Shown one piece after another: positions 22,253 to 35,727 of a DNA stretch of 41,499 bases (its first letter is position 1; every line of letters starts with the position of its first letter). The stretch comes from Octopus bimaculoides (taxonomy: Eukaryota): NCBI RefSeq assembly GCF_001194135.2, contig NC_068983.1, positions 139,247,604-139,289,102 of the forward strand, in the 5' to 3' direction. The translations under genes and the position numbers were made by a program. The notes beneath the pieces are model-generated. The model did not search any database. It saw nothing but the letters and a program-made list of their open reading frames with translations, and was not told where the DNA came from.

Positions 22253-23964
22253 CCCGCAAAAAACATATAAATATGTATATACATACATACAGAAGAAAGA
22301 GCTTATATTGTTCTATACAAGCTAGATTAATTTTGATTCATATAGACAAAGACGAATATCTCGGTTGTCTTCCTTTTCTTTCTTCCCGTTTCGCTTTTTG
22401 CATCAACCATCTTCGCGTTTTTTTCTTCTTGTCTTTTTTTTCTCATGTTTTCTCATAGGCAGCGTCTTTGTTTTTCAAATACATCTATGATATGCACCGA
22501 TTCTGAAAGGTTTTTTGCAGAAATATGGCATCCCATATAAATCTGCCAATTTATTGTATCTCTAAACAAGAAAACTAGTAGTAGTTCTTTTGTAAATTGT
22601 GTATATTAAATGATATTTAACACTATCTGGATGGAATACTTTGTTGATCCTACCTCTAAGGGAACTGTAATCTATATATATGCGAAAGTATTTATGGAAT
22701 GAAATAGATAGCAGCGATATATTACTCTTCTTTCACTCATTCTGTGATATGTAGTATTTGTTAATTTTAGTTGTAGTAACGTATTGAATAAGCTAAGCCC
22801 TGACTGCAAGAAACCTTTTAGCAATTAACAATTCTACATTCCTACTGCAATCGATCGTTGCTTTACAAAAAGGAAAATAACATGTTTAAAGGAAAGAGAA
22901 AATGTCAGTTAATTTTGTCCATATTCTAGATTTCTTTCCATAAAATATTTTTATTGCAAATATTCGATTATAAAAATTTGACCAAATCTACGCTCAAGTG
23001 AACAAGTGTCAGTTTAAATCAGAGAAAAGCAGAATCAACTTTTTGCAGATGTACATGTCAAAACACACAATTTTCGCACAGTAAATTTTATACATATAAA
23101 TAAATAAACAAATAAACAAGGGCCCATATACCAATATATTTGCACTTNNNNNNNNNNNNNNNNNNNNNNNNNNNNNNNNNNNNNNNNNNNNNNNNNNNNN
23201 NNNNNNNNNNNNNNNNNNNNNNNNNNNNNNNNNNNNNNNNNNNNNNNNNNNNNNNNNNNNNNNNNNNNNNNNNNNNNNNNNNNNNNNNNNNNNNNNNNNN
23301 NNNNNNNNNNNNNNNNNNNNNNNNNNNNNNNNNNNNNNNNNNNNNNNNNNNNNNNNNNNNNNNNNNNNNNNNNNNNNNNNNNNNNNNNNNNNNNNNNNNN
23401 NNNNNNNNNNNNNNNNNNNNNNNNNNNNNNNNNNNNNNNNNNNNNNNNNNNNNNNNNNNNNNNNNNNNNNNNNNNNNNNNNNNNNNNNNNNNNNNNNNNN
23501 NNNNNNNNNNNNNNNNNNNNNNNNNNNNNNNNNNNNNNNNNNNNNNNNNNNNNNNNNNNNNNNNNNNNNNNNNNNNNNNNNNNNNNNNNNNNNNNNNNNN
23601 NNNNNNNNNNNNNNNNNNNNNNNNNNNNNNNNNNNNNNNNNNNNNNNNNNNNNNNNNNNNNNNNNNNNNNNNNNNNNNNNNNNNNNNNNNNNNNNNNNNN
23701 NNNNNNNNNNNNNNNNNNNNNNNNNNNNNNNNNNNNNNNNNNNNNNNNNNNNNNNNNNNNNNNNNNNNNNNNNNNNNNNNNNNNNNNNNNNNNNNNNNNN
23801 NNNNNNNNNNNNNNNNNNNNNNNNNNNNNNNNNNNNNNNNNNNNNNNNNNNNNNNNNNNNNNNNNNNNNNNNNNNNNNNNNNNNNNNNNNNNNNNTACAT
23901 ATTTATATATATATATGTACATATATATTATATGGGAAGGGAAAGAGAGAAATAGTGAGATGAG

Positions 23965-23967
<3 letters not shown>

Positions 23968-24021
<54 letters not shown>
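23968..24021. repeat. (AG)n microsatellite
   Basis: Direct reading. Confidence 0.95.
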
Positions 24022-24024
<3 letters not shown>

Positions 24025-25559
24025 TGGTGAGAGATGGCAATGTCGACTACTATTGTAACTTTCTAAAATACTCAGTTGTAAATCATGCTCACTGATTCTA
24101 ATGAAGGTAATCTGATCTTAGTCTCTTAGATACTAATGTCCGAATAAGGAAATACTTATCTCTCATCAGTGAATGCAGTTTTAGTAGACTGAAGTTTGAT
24201 TTCTCAAATGATATAATTTACTTATTTAGATAATACATGATGCATATATTGCGTCTATATGTAATGACATTGGTAGGATATTCGTCTGGATGTTAGATGA
24301 TGCCTATTTTTAATTTCAATATTGCTTTGTGCTTTTCCGAAACGCTATATGGTGTTTCTAATGAGCTATTCTACCACAAAATCTATTGTTCGTGATGTAA
24401 AATCCGCTGAAGCAAAACTTTACGTCATCTAATGAAAAAAGAAGATCACGAAAGATACTCTTTTCTTTAATATTTAGATTGTCGTTACTAGGATTAGAGG
24501 GAAGTGTTCTCTTAACTCATAAAACCACAAGCCACAATGAAGTCTTAAAATACGGTAGTAACAGGAATGAAAAATTTTAAACATCACAGTGTGGAGAAAT
24601 ATGTATATATATATGTGTGTGTGTGTGTGCGTGTGTGTGCGTGTGCGTGTGTGTGTGTATGTGTGTGTGTGTGTGTGTATCTGTGTGTGCTTGCATGTGT
24701 CTGTATAAGTGTTGTTATTTACAAAAGAAAAGTGACATTTAAGTTTACGCATGAAGATTTTTCTACCTGGCACGTCTGTATATACAACTCAAATGAATGC
24801 TTCCGCAAATTATGCTGCTGTAAAATCATTATTATTTTAAGTTAAACTGAAAGTCAAGTAATATAGAGAAACTTAGGAATATAAACACTCACAAAATATA
24901 TTTAAAAAGCAACTAATTTTACGGATTCTGACCAATCCTTGATTTACTCAGCATTAATGACAACTGGCAATGTTAAACTCTGCGGATTTATTGCAGAATA
25001 AGAGTTAGTAAGTGTTATTTCTGGTCATTTATACGACCTCATTACGGATGTTTGTCCAAATTAGAAGGGACATCGTATGTGCTAGACCCTACACTTTTTC
25101 TCATCTGATTAGCTATTATACACTGAATTGTCATATGATTTAGATGACGATATATTCTTGATGACACAAGTTGAATCAACTACCGTCATGGAAATGTGTA
25201 AGCTGGATATTATGATACTTGAATGAAAAATTAACTTCAAACTTTTGAGTAAACATTTTGAAATATATGCTTGCCTTTCAAAACCTACGTTTCAGCAGTT
25301 TTTTATCATGCGAATTATTTTTAGAGTTGCTTGAGGCTTTGGAGTTTATGGATATTACTGAGGAAAGGCTATATCCTTTCTGCCATTAGCTGACATTTTC
25401 CAGTGATGAACTTTATGGACATATTAGTAAATTTGTAAGAAAATTACTAACTGTATGGAAACTGAAATATAGAAAAAATATGTAAGAATTTGATATTAGA
25501 AGAAAAATGCCTGAACAGTTTAGTTTGAAATAGCAAAAATATGTTGAATATCGGTGCAG

Positions 25560-25790
25560 CTTATTGCTAAAACTTGTCATTAACCCTCCTTTACTGTCTC
25601 ATTCTTCAGAAGATGTTGAAATGACTTAAGAATATTATTAGTAATAATTGCACCACTTGGAAAATGCCCACGTTAAGTGTTATGATAACATCTAGATCTT
25701 TACTAGAAGACATCAATTGAATAGAGTCGAATTTTCCACAACAACTCTGTAATAAAATACATGCAAAAATTAAAAAAAAGATAGTGCTCA
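25560..25790 (+). pseudogene. Possible very decayed hAT transposase C-terminal (dimerisation) region
   Basis: Multi-frame pieces LLLKLVI..., LKNIISNNCTT..., TLSVMITSRSLLEDI...IHAKIKKR* loosely follow the hAT C-terminal pattern. Weak. Confidence 0.3.
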
Positions 25791-25894
25791 GAGAGATGAT
25801 GAAGAGGATATCGTGTGATAAAATATAAGGTAAGTTAAATATATTATTTTCTCTTTATATAAAAAGCAATTATATAAAATTTTAAAATTTGTGA

Positions 25895-26067
25895 CATAGG
25901 TGTATGTATGGTTGTGTTGTTAAGAAGCTCAGCTCACTTTGTAACCATTGCGTGGTTTCGAGATACTCCAACTACGCTACACATTGGGCAAACGTGTATT
26001 ATATTGACGGGAAATCCAAAGCCTGAAAAGTATCCGGAAGCTGTGTGGAAATCCATCCTGCTTGTAT

Positions 26068-26128
<61 letters not shown>

Positions 26129-26350
26129 AGAGAGAGAGAGAGAAAGAGAGAGTGCGTATTGGTGTCTGTGTATGTGTGTCCCATCACCCTATGACAATCG
26201 TGTAGAATTCTTTATTTTCCTATATTTTGCAATTCGTTAAAAGAGAACAATAGAATAAGTATCAGACTGGGTTCGATATATCTAAACAAATATTTCAAAA
26301 CAGTGTCCCAATATTGCCACATTGCAATGACTGTAACAAGTAAATGGTAA
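25895..26350 (+). mobile_element. Old near-full-length family-E SINE with expanded internal (TG)n(AG)n
   Basis: Head-like GGTTGTGTTGTTAAGAAGCT...CATTGGGCAAACGTG...CCAAAGCC, then microsatellite, then GTCCCATCACCCTATGACAATCG...ATAGAATAAGTA...TGACTGTAACAAGTAAA, colinear with 7493-7790 and the 9965 tail. Confidence 0.55.
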
Positions 26351-26799
26351 AAGACTACATTTTAAAGTATTTTGGTATATTTCAATGTAAAGTTTTATAC
26401 TTTCACAAAATAATGATCCATTACATAATGAACGGTGTTTATTTATTTCCATTTTTAGGCACTTACTTGGCCAAGTTTAGCCATTGAATACAAATGAAGG
26501 AGCATCCGAATTTTTTTTATTTTAGTACTTTCGTTTTGTGATTATACTTTTTGAATCCAGGTTCATTCTATATCAGTATACATATTGTACATTCTACAAC
26601 TAAATGCTGTCGACGTCAATAGCATAACTCTGGGCAACACATTTGCAAACTAGCTTTACATCATCTAGTACAAATATTCATCTTGTTTACAATAAAAAAC
26701 AAGCAAGCACTGTAAGAGCTGAAGAAGAAACGTAACAGACAGCCACATCGCAAATGGTATTTACATATCTCTTCAATGATTCAATATATTGTACTCCTA

Positions 26800-27010
26800 G
26801 GGCAGCGAGCTGGCTGAAACGTTAGCACACCGGGCGAAATGCTTAGCGGTATTTCGTCTGTCTTTACGTTCTGAGTAAATTCCGCCGAAGTTGACTTTGC
26901 TTTTCATCCTTTCGGGGTCGATAAATTAAGTACTAGTTGCGTACTGGGGTCTATCTAATCGACTGGCCCCCTGCCCCCAAATTTCGAGCCTTGTGCCTAG
27001 AGTAGAAAAG
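26800..27010 (+). mobile_element. tRNA-derived SINE, family A, full length with 17-bp TSD (one mismatch)
   Basis: GGGCAGCGAGCTGGCTGAAACGTTAGCACACCGGGCGAAATGC...GAGTAGAAAAG. Flanks are AATATATTGTACTCCTA (26783-26799) and AATATACTGTACTCCTA (27011-27027). Confidence 0.9.
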
Positions 27011-28162
27011 AATATACTGTACTCCTATATTCCTAAGAACTGCATTGTGTATTGTACTATCGCAATGTACTAAACAAGAATATAGAGAGACGGAAAGCAT
27101 CCAAAAATATCCATTTATAAAACAAAATGAAATAAAAAAAAACATGAATGGCACTAAACAGGTCAGCGAGACACTAACATCTGCGTAATATGATAAATCC
27201 AGATGATGTACGGAAATGAATATATAACAGTTCCAATTCTGTATTTTCTGAACCCTATATTGAATTTGCTTTCCGTACGTCAGCGTAATAATAAAAGTAT
27301 TAGATTTATACTGTAATAAATTCATTCAGCTATTGGCATCAGTATATGGTTTTGTGAATATGTAATGAAACTTTCATATAAATTTATTGCAATTCTCAAC
27401 AATGAAATATACTTCACAATAGTGTACACCTTCAGTGAATTCAAGCATGATGTACGTTGCCACAATTCTTGAAAATACACGTAGTATATTAAGGCAGTGA
27501 CCATATACTACTGAGCTTCCATGTATTACTTGAACATTATGCACACTAAACTAGTAAAGTGGCAACTCCATATCTGTATTTCTAATTCCATTTCAAGTGT
27601 TTCGTTGTGTATTTCCTCACTATAAATCTCAACTCGTATTACAATCTTCAAAAGATATCAGCTTGCTTTTGTAATGCTACGAGTGACGGGTTGTCGAAAT
27701 CAATTGAAGCAAAGGAACTAAATGGAATGACCAGTTGCAGAGCCAATTAAGTCAAAGTGTCATTCAGTCGACGAAAATACGTCAATGTCAATGGTAAATG
27801 TAAAGTACTATTCATTGTGATATAATTTTTATGTATTTCACATATATTCTTTTATTCAATAGGTCATATTTTCATAGAGTTATATTTATAATTTTCACGA
27901 ACAGTTATATTTTTCCGTAACATAATAAATATAAGATATAGCAAGAAATACTATAAATTTGACATGCTATCGATTTATCACACAAAGGTTCTTTAAGAGC
28001 AGGACTTTTTATTCGTTTACAGATAAGTGTTGCGTTATTTAACATTTAATTAGTGGAGGATTATTGACATTTTCTTCGAAAGTGGGGTAAATGTGATAAA
28101 TATTGTTATGACTCAAGCTGTGTCTTATACTATGGGCATACACACATTCACATAAGCATATA

Positions 28163-29430
28163 TACGAGATGCGTCCAAAAAAGTATATAAACTTTGTGTA
28201 TAAAAGAAAAAAGAAATTGTTTTGTACATTTCACAGGTCTATTTCATCACCTTCACAATACTCCCCTCGGGAGTTCACAAACTTCTCTCAGCGGTTCTAC
28301 CACTCTGGAACGTCTTCTCTGGAATGCTATGAACCTCCACTGTCACTTTCCTTATTATTTCCTCCCACGAACCTAATCTCTTCCTTTTCAGCGGTCTTTT
28401 TAGTTTGAGGAAGAACCAGAAGTTACACGGTGCCAAATGGGAAACGTAAGAAGGCTGTTGAACAAATGATGTGTTGTTGACCAGGAAAGCTTGGATTATG
28501 AGGACGAAATGGGCGGGCTCACTGTTGTGGTGAAGTTTCCAATTCTTCGGCGCTCATGGGTGCTGTCGCTTTCGAAGTGCAGCAGCACCAAGGTGTCGTA
28601 TAATCTCTAGGTATGATTATTTATTGTTTGACGTTGTAGTGCGTATTTATGATGGACAATACCACGAAGGTCAAAGAAGCAGGTCAACATCCCTTTCATA
28701 TTGCTGCGGATTTCTCGTGTTTCATGGACCTTGGTTATGACGGATGCTTACATTGAGAGAACTGGAACTTGGCTTCCGGCTCGTAACCATAAACCTACGT
28801 CTTATCACCTGTGAGTATTGTCTTCATCAAGTCTGTTTCATGGTTGCACACTCCAGCATGTCCTAAGCGTTTTCCATGCGGGGTTACTCCTGCTGCGCCG
28901 CCAGCACTTTGAGTACAAATTTCATCAACACTCTCCGCATGCGCAAACCCTCTCTATGAACGGAATTCACTGATATTGAGCTTATTCTCACTTCATAACC
29001 AATTTTATGGATTATTACTCAACGGTATTTCATGACTATTCCCGAACCTTCTTAATCGGCTCTTTGTTCTTTTGCTTGTGGATGGTCAGTATGAATATAC
29101 ATTGCTCTCCGCTGACGTACGGCCATGTTTGAAGTGGTTGTACTACTTCTTGATCTGAGTTTTGCTCATGGCGTTATCTCCAAAGACCTGTTGAATCTTG
29201 TGGATGGTTTGAGGTGGAGCATCCCCAAGGTTTTTGACATATCTTGATGCACCATGTGATCTGTCATATTGTGTAAAATGAAACTCGGACTACACGTCTG
29301 TAAGCTAGGCTTAATAACCACTACCTGACGCGGCCTACCGGTGCGAAAATTTTCGTGCATGCCCATGAAGGGTGGCGTAATCTCCCCACTAGTTTTTGAA
29401 TTCATTATTTATTTGTGTTCTTTTTCCCCT
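28163..29430 (-). mobile_element. Near-full-length decayed mariner transposon
   Basis: Minus-strand pieces: KLGDAPPQTIHKIQQVFGDNAMSKTQIKK*YNHFKHGRTS; ILTGDKT*VYGYEPEAKFQFSQCKHPS*PR; SNMKGMLTCFFDLRGIVHHKY. One end begins TACGAG. The far end is uncertain. Confidence 0.85.
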
Positions 29431-30007
29431 GTATGTACAACTCACTACATATCTGTATGATCCTTGCTTCATATTGTCCTAGGGTCTGAATGTTACTCAA
29501 CAATAAAGCTAAGTACATATATTACCAATATCTGTACATTATACGTGTATAAATACCCACCAATGTCTACTAGCACACCTTTCTACACCAAAATATCGAC
29601 ATTTTCTTCTGATACGCATATGCAATCAGATACAGATTATTATACGTTCCATCTCATGTATTTTATAACGACGATTTCTCTATCGATTAATTGATTTCTA
29701 TGACACGGTCATAATTTCTGTTTTTTAATATTCTACAATCTAATATTTGCTGCAACTTAGACAACATATTCAATAAAATCATCTCGATTTTCTGTGTCTA
29801 TGTTTCGATGATAAGCTGTCAAATGCCAGTTCAATGTTACTATCAATTACATAAGATATGAGTTTATTGTATATAGAAATGAATATCGCATCTTATGACA
29901 GACTAAGTAAGAACATCTCAGGAGATAATTACAATCTGATTAAATAAGTTGCTTTCTTATTTCGAAGTAACACAAACCCATAAACACACGCACGAGCACG
30001 CACACAA

Positions 30008-30043
<36 letters not shown>

Positions 30044-30320
30044 NNNNNNNNNNNNNNNNNNNNNNNNNNNNNNNNNNNNNNNNNNNNNNNNNNNNNNNNN
30101 NNNNNNNNNNNNNNNNNNNNNNNNNNNNNNNNNNNNNNNNNNNNNNNNNNNNNNNNNNNNNNNNNNNNNNNNNNNNNNNNNNNNNNNNNNNNNNNNNNNN
30201 NNNNNNNNNNNNNNNNNNNNNNNNNNNNNNNNNNNNNNNNNNNNNNNNNNNNNNNNNNNNNNNNNNNNNNNNNNNNNNNNNNNNNNNNNNNNNNNNNNNN
30301 NNNNNNNNNNNNNNNNNNNN

Positions 30321-30377
<57 letters not shown>

Positions 30378-32420
30378 GCACACATACAGGCTTCAAAAGC
30401 TAAAAAAATGCTGGTCTTAATAAATAAAATTTCGGCCCATGAGAGAAAATGCATCCCCATTTATCAATGTTACTGCAGGTTTGATCTTTATCACTTATGG
30501 AAGTATGACTTTTACTTTTCATAATACATTTTCGTAGTCGTGGAAAATAAATCAGAAATTGTAAATCCTTGCTAACACCTACTCCGGTGTCTCTTGATAC
30601 CAATTACCTTTAAATAGTTTATTACTCAGAACAAATGTCATATGTTAACATTCATTAGTCAGTTAAGGATTAATAGAAAGATTTGATAAACTATATACAG
30701 CTTCAAAGTTTTTGCGTCCTTTATACATATTTCACTGAAGACATGAAATGTTTACGTACACTTACATCTCGAGCCATGCACTAAAATTATAATGATGCAT
30801 TTTCTAACAGGATTTCAGCAACCATTAAAACCTTAGAGATTAACCATAAATCGGTGTGTATCCAAATATATTGACTTGTATAAATTCATACTACAAACTT
30901 TTTGTTATCATTTAAGTAATCAACGAAGTAAAACTCAGTTTCAAGTTTCAGCATTTAGAACTCGTCTTTCGTGCATTCTATAATATTTAATTCGCTCAAA
31001 TATTACAGTAATCGTAATGTGTGAGCGTGTCTATATGTGTGTTTGAGACGGTCAATGTGCATGTTACAGATTATATATGAGTGTGCTTCTTCAAACTCTT
31101 ACTTGTCACTGACCAGGGAGTATAACGCAATAGCTTGCCCTGTAGAAAAATGTCAGCACTGACGCTACCTCCTTTACCTCTTCTTAGGTAACAACTATAA
31201 CGCGATATGTATCCAAGTAAGTTGCCTTATATAGATTCATGTTGCATCCTTTTCGAAATCATTTAAATGATCAACAACGTAAAACTCAGTTTATACCGTT
31301 TCCGCTACTATCAACATATAAAAGTCTTATTTTACACATTGTATACCATTTAATTCACGCAAACGTTCCACCGACCACTGTGTGTGAATGTTTGTGTATG
31401 TATGTATGTATGTATGTATGTATGTGTGTGTGTATGCATCCATGCACAGATACTATATACATGCAAACATACTCACATGCACACATATATGTGAAGAGGG
31501 TGACAGTCTTTGCCATCATAAAAAAATACGAGACCCTAGGACTAGTTAACATCTTTTGTTCCAATAGCTTTGAATTCATCACCACTGCAATTCTTTAAAC
31601 AGAATTTGTTGTTCCTGAAGAAACCTTGCACTTGTCGCTTTATGATAGTGCAGTACGCTGGAACCTAATGTATATCACTCCTTCCTACTAGTTATTTAGT
31701 ATACACTAATGCATAGTGTGTCATGTATAGGTCGTATACAATCGAAAGTAAGGATGAAACATTCGATTATACCGATGCTATTTATCCTTACCTTGTAAGA
31801 CACTATTTTCCCTTTCTTTGTAAGACAATATTTTCCGTGAATTTCCGCTCAAAAATTTTGCTCTAGAGTAAGAAATATATATGTAACGGATGACAGAGAC
31901 ATATATGACTCAAAGTAAATATCATAAAAAACACAGAGAAAAAGAATACTTTTCACTTTTTTAGCAGTAATTTTCGCATGCATGTCTACCTGTTGTGATA
32001 ATCGATCTAATTGTCGATGATCCAACTACGTATCAGAATGTAATATGAGAAAAGGTATAAATGTTCCTTTAAGACAAAAGAGCGAACGTGCACATTTCTG
32101 CTCTTTAGGATAGGACTTCGGATTAACAATCCGTGTTCTTTTTCTAATACAAAACAAAAAGCGACATAATTATGTATTTTGTCCTACCGTCACTATTTCT
32201 TTCTTTACAATAAAATTCTTAAATTAAATAAGATTTGACATATCATTATATCGAAAACGAATACCACATGGTGACATACGCATACAAAAATCAAAAAGAA
32301 AATAATGATGCAATTATTAATGGTGTGCATACTTTGTAACGTAAACAGTTATACATGTTCGCAACATTGGAATTGTATCAGTAACCATACCATAGATGTA
32401 CAACTGTATTTTTCAAATTA

Positions 32421-32479
<59 letters not shown>

Positions 32480-34931
32480 NNNNNNNNNNNNNNNNNNNNN
32501 NNNNNNNNNNNNNNNNNNNNNNNNNNNNNNNNNNNNNNNNNNNNNNNNATATATATATATATATAAAACCCAGAAAACTGATATAACTACTTTTGTGTGT
32601 TTTTGACTGACTGAATGATTATTCAAATATGCGTTCGCTTCCGTTTGAAGATATGGTCTGAGATAAAGCAAAATGGCCAACCATGTACAACACCAAAATC
32701 TACGTTTGTAGTTTTTCACAAATAAAATCACGTGGTTCAGTCATGTAAGAATATAATTTTGAACACTTGTTGATTAGATCTTCCCCGATTCTCATCATAA
32801 AAGCGGTTTCAAGTGAGACTATCTAGTCTTTTCCTCTGACATGTATTATCTGAAACACCATCTAGTGAGTGTGGTTTCTAGCAGACTTTGAAGTTATTTC
32901 TTAATCTTACTAACAGAAACGAAGTGGTATAGTTATTCCTTTTAATGTTTCGAGACCAAACCAATTTGGGTCTCCTATATTATGAGGGCACAATTGTATT
33001 TTCCGGTTATGTAGTTTGTTTATAACGTTTATGCAGCCTTTAAAAATTTTGCTAACCACGATTAAATAAGTGACGGCCAAAACATAATTAAAAGAAACTA
33101 CGTTTTTCTATCCTATCTCTGCATAGAATAACATAGATGAAATCTGTACCTGAATCATAAATTATTTTTAAATGCATCAATTTTAATTAATGCCACTGGG
33201 GTTTCAAACATTACGTAACTTTATGAATAATCTTTTATATGTAATAAAATTTTGAATGTAATTATTGTTATATTAAATGAAAGAATCAGAATTGCATCGA
33301 TTGCAAGGTTTGTTCTGCTGTACTTATTTGCAAGTGACTGAATTATTCGAATGTTTTTCCACAAGCATATTACTTACCGAATACGAACTATCAACCTTTC
33401 TGAAATTTAAGGCGACGTGGTTATTTTAGTTCTTTCATCAGGCATGTAAACTACAAGTCATGTAATGTGCACACACCAAACCGCCTATTTTCCAATGACT
33501 CGCAATAATAACTGCATTATCTGTAATTTCATTCAATATTTCTAAGCGCTTAGCTGTAATTTATTGGACAAGTCGACATAGTATTTAGAAATTATTATCG
33601 GCAAATGTAATAATATAGCATTGAAGAATTAAAAGTTTAAAGCTGTTAATCTCAGCGTAAAACTTTTCTTCTACCGCGCTAAGTTTATTACGATAGGTAT
33701 CACACTATTTCTGATGGAAATACAGCACTTTTGGGATAACCATTCCTAGAGAACAGAACGATAACATTCATGAAGTTTCTATTGGGAACAACTATACATT
33801 TTGAAATGTTCTAAAGTGACATTATGTGTCTTTATCCTCTAAGTATGTGTTGGATCAATACACACGTGTGGCATGTTTAAAGATAAGAAATCTGCATTTC
33901 AGAAGATTAATTCTTTGTTTGACAGGTATAAGAACTGGCCATTATAATCAATTTGTATGTATGGTGCAGTGAAAATATCTTTCAAACGCATATAAGATAT
34001 AAGTAAAACATTATCTGTTGCATATTGTGTTTTGAACATACTTTCTAATAAATCTTGACTGTGTCTTGAATATTAGCATAATGATTTTCAACGAATCTGA
34101 GTAATTTGTCATAGATTATTGATTTCTCACGAAGACAAAACGAAGCAAATTTCATATACAAGCAAAATACAATTATGTGACATGCTGTAAGCGAAATGAT
34201 TCTTAAAAAAAATTGCTAATACGGATAATCTACAGCTTACTGCCTGAATAAAAAGACAAATATCTGAAATTGAAAATAAATTATATGTTGTGAAGTTAAT
34301 GTCGTTTCTACGTAAGGCAAAATGACATCAACACAGAATCTGTTGCGAAATCCTTTAGTCTGCATCCATTTCTTTTCTTCTTTCACGAACAACAGATTGT
34401 TACAAACACGCATACAAATATCTCACGGCCGTGCACTCGCAGAGCCGTACCCACCCCATATATATATATATATATATATATATANNNNNNNNNNNNNNNN
34501 NNNNNNNNNNNNNNNNNNNNNNNNNNNNNNNNNNNNNNNNNNNNNNNNNNNNNNNNNNNNNNNNNNNNNNNNNNNNNNNNNNNNNNNNNNNNNNNNNNNN
34601 NNNNNNNNNNNNNNNNNNNNNNNNNNNNNNNNNNNNNNNNNNNNNNNNNNNNNNNNNNNNNNNNNNNNNNNNNNNNNNNNNNNNNNNNNNNNNNNNNNNN
34701 NNNNNNNNNNNNNNNNNNNNNNNNNNNNNNNNNNNNNNNNNNNNNNNNNNNNNNNNNNNNNNNNNNNNNNNNNNNNNNNNNNNNNNNNNNNNNNNNNNNN
34801 NNNNNNNNNNNNNNNNNNNNNNNNNNNNNNNNNNNNNNNNNNNNNNNNNNNNNNNNNNNNNNNNNNNNNNNNNNNNNNTATATATATATATATATATATA
34901 TATTTAGCGAAGAATGTATTTATTGAGAAAT

Positions 34932-35210
34932 CACTACGCCATATGCCTACGGGCATATGGCGTAGTGGTTAAGAGCGCGGGCTACTAACCCCAAGGTTCC
35001 GAGTTCGATTCACGGCAGCGACCTGATTAATAATAGTAATAATAATAATAATAAAATAATAATAGTAACATCGTTAGGAATGAGAACCCAGGTTCCAAAT
35101 TTCCCCAAGACACCTGACGAAGGCTGGAGGGTATATCAGCCGAAACGTTGTGTTAACAAGAAACAAGATGAGGACAAATATCCGTCAAATATAAATAATG
35201 TAAATAATGA
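34932..35210 (+). mobile_element. Composite element: hairpin + tRNA-like head + (AAT)n + hammerhead ribozyme (SINE/retrozyme or PLE pseudo-LTR)
   Basis: 16-bp perfect inverted repeat 34932-34947/34952-34967; A-box TGGCGTAGTGG 34958-34968; B-box GTTCGATTC 35003-35011; (AAT)n about 35029-35063; hammerhead 35109-35154. Confidence 0.75.
35109..35154 (+). ncRNA. Minimal type I hammerhead ribozyme (PLE type, palindromic stem III)
   Basis: Stem I GACAC/GUGUU; core CUGACGA plus an extra A; stem II GGCUGG/UCAGCC with 8-nt loop; GAAA; palindromic ACGU stem III. Predicted cleavage after the GUU triplet at 35149. Confidence 0.8.
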
Positions 35211-35727
35211 TAGAAGCAATTATCTGCATATTAAGTTTGTTTATACACACGAAAAATTCGGATTCGTCTAGCTATTTTCCACCCTCGGTTGGTATCTTAT
35301 CAGCAACTGAGTACGTTATTAGCTGAATCATTTGTGATCATTAAGGATTTCAGTACAGTTGATTGATTATTTGTCCTGTATGAGGTGTTCATTGTATGTA
35401 GTCACTTAACCCATAGCATTTAAACGGGTAATTTCTGACGCAAATATACTACCTGTTTAATGTTAAAAGCTGCTAGATTATGTCTCTCGACCCTACACCA
35501 GCATTTTATTCTAAAAATAACGATTTTTATCATCGAAATCTTAAAGCTATGAGATAATGCATAGTTAATTCCAAACAATGTGAATACATAATCGTTACAT
35601 TTGACAGAGTAATCTGAATGCCAATAGATGATACTTGAAAAAAGAAAGTTTTTCGATGTCTTTCTACAGGCATATCTACTGCGTCTACAGAATAAAATCA
35701 CATCGTGTGTGTATATATATATATATA

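Noticed and set aside
32945-32990. Minus-strand GAGACC...GGTCTC hairpin followed by GAAAC
   Set aside because: The CUGANGA core and stem I are missing.
34951-35025. Functional tRNA gene
   Set aside because: A- and B-boxes are present, but the acceptor stem does not pair and the anticodon and T stems have mismatches; it is a tRNA-derived head.
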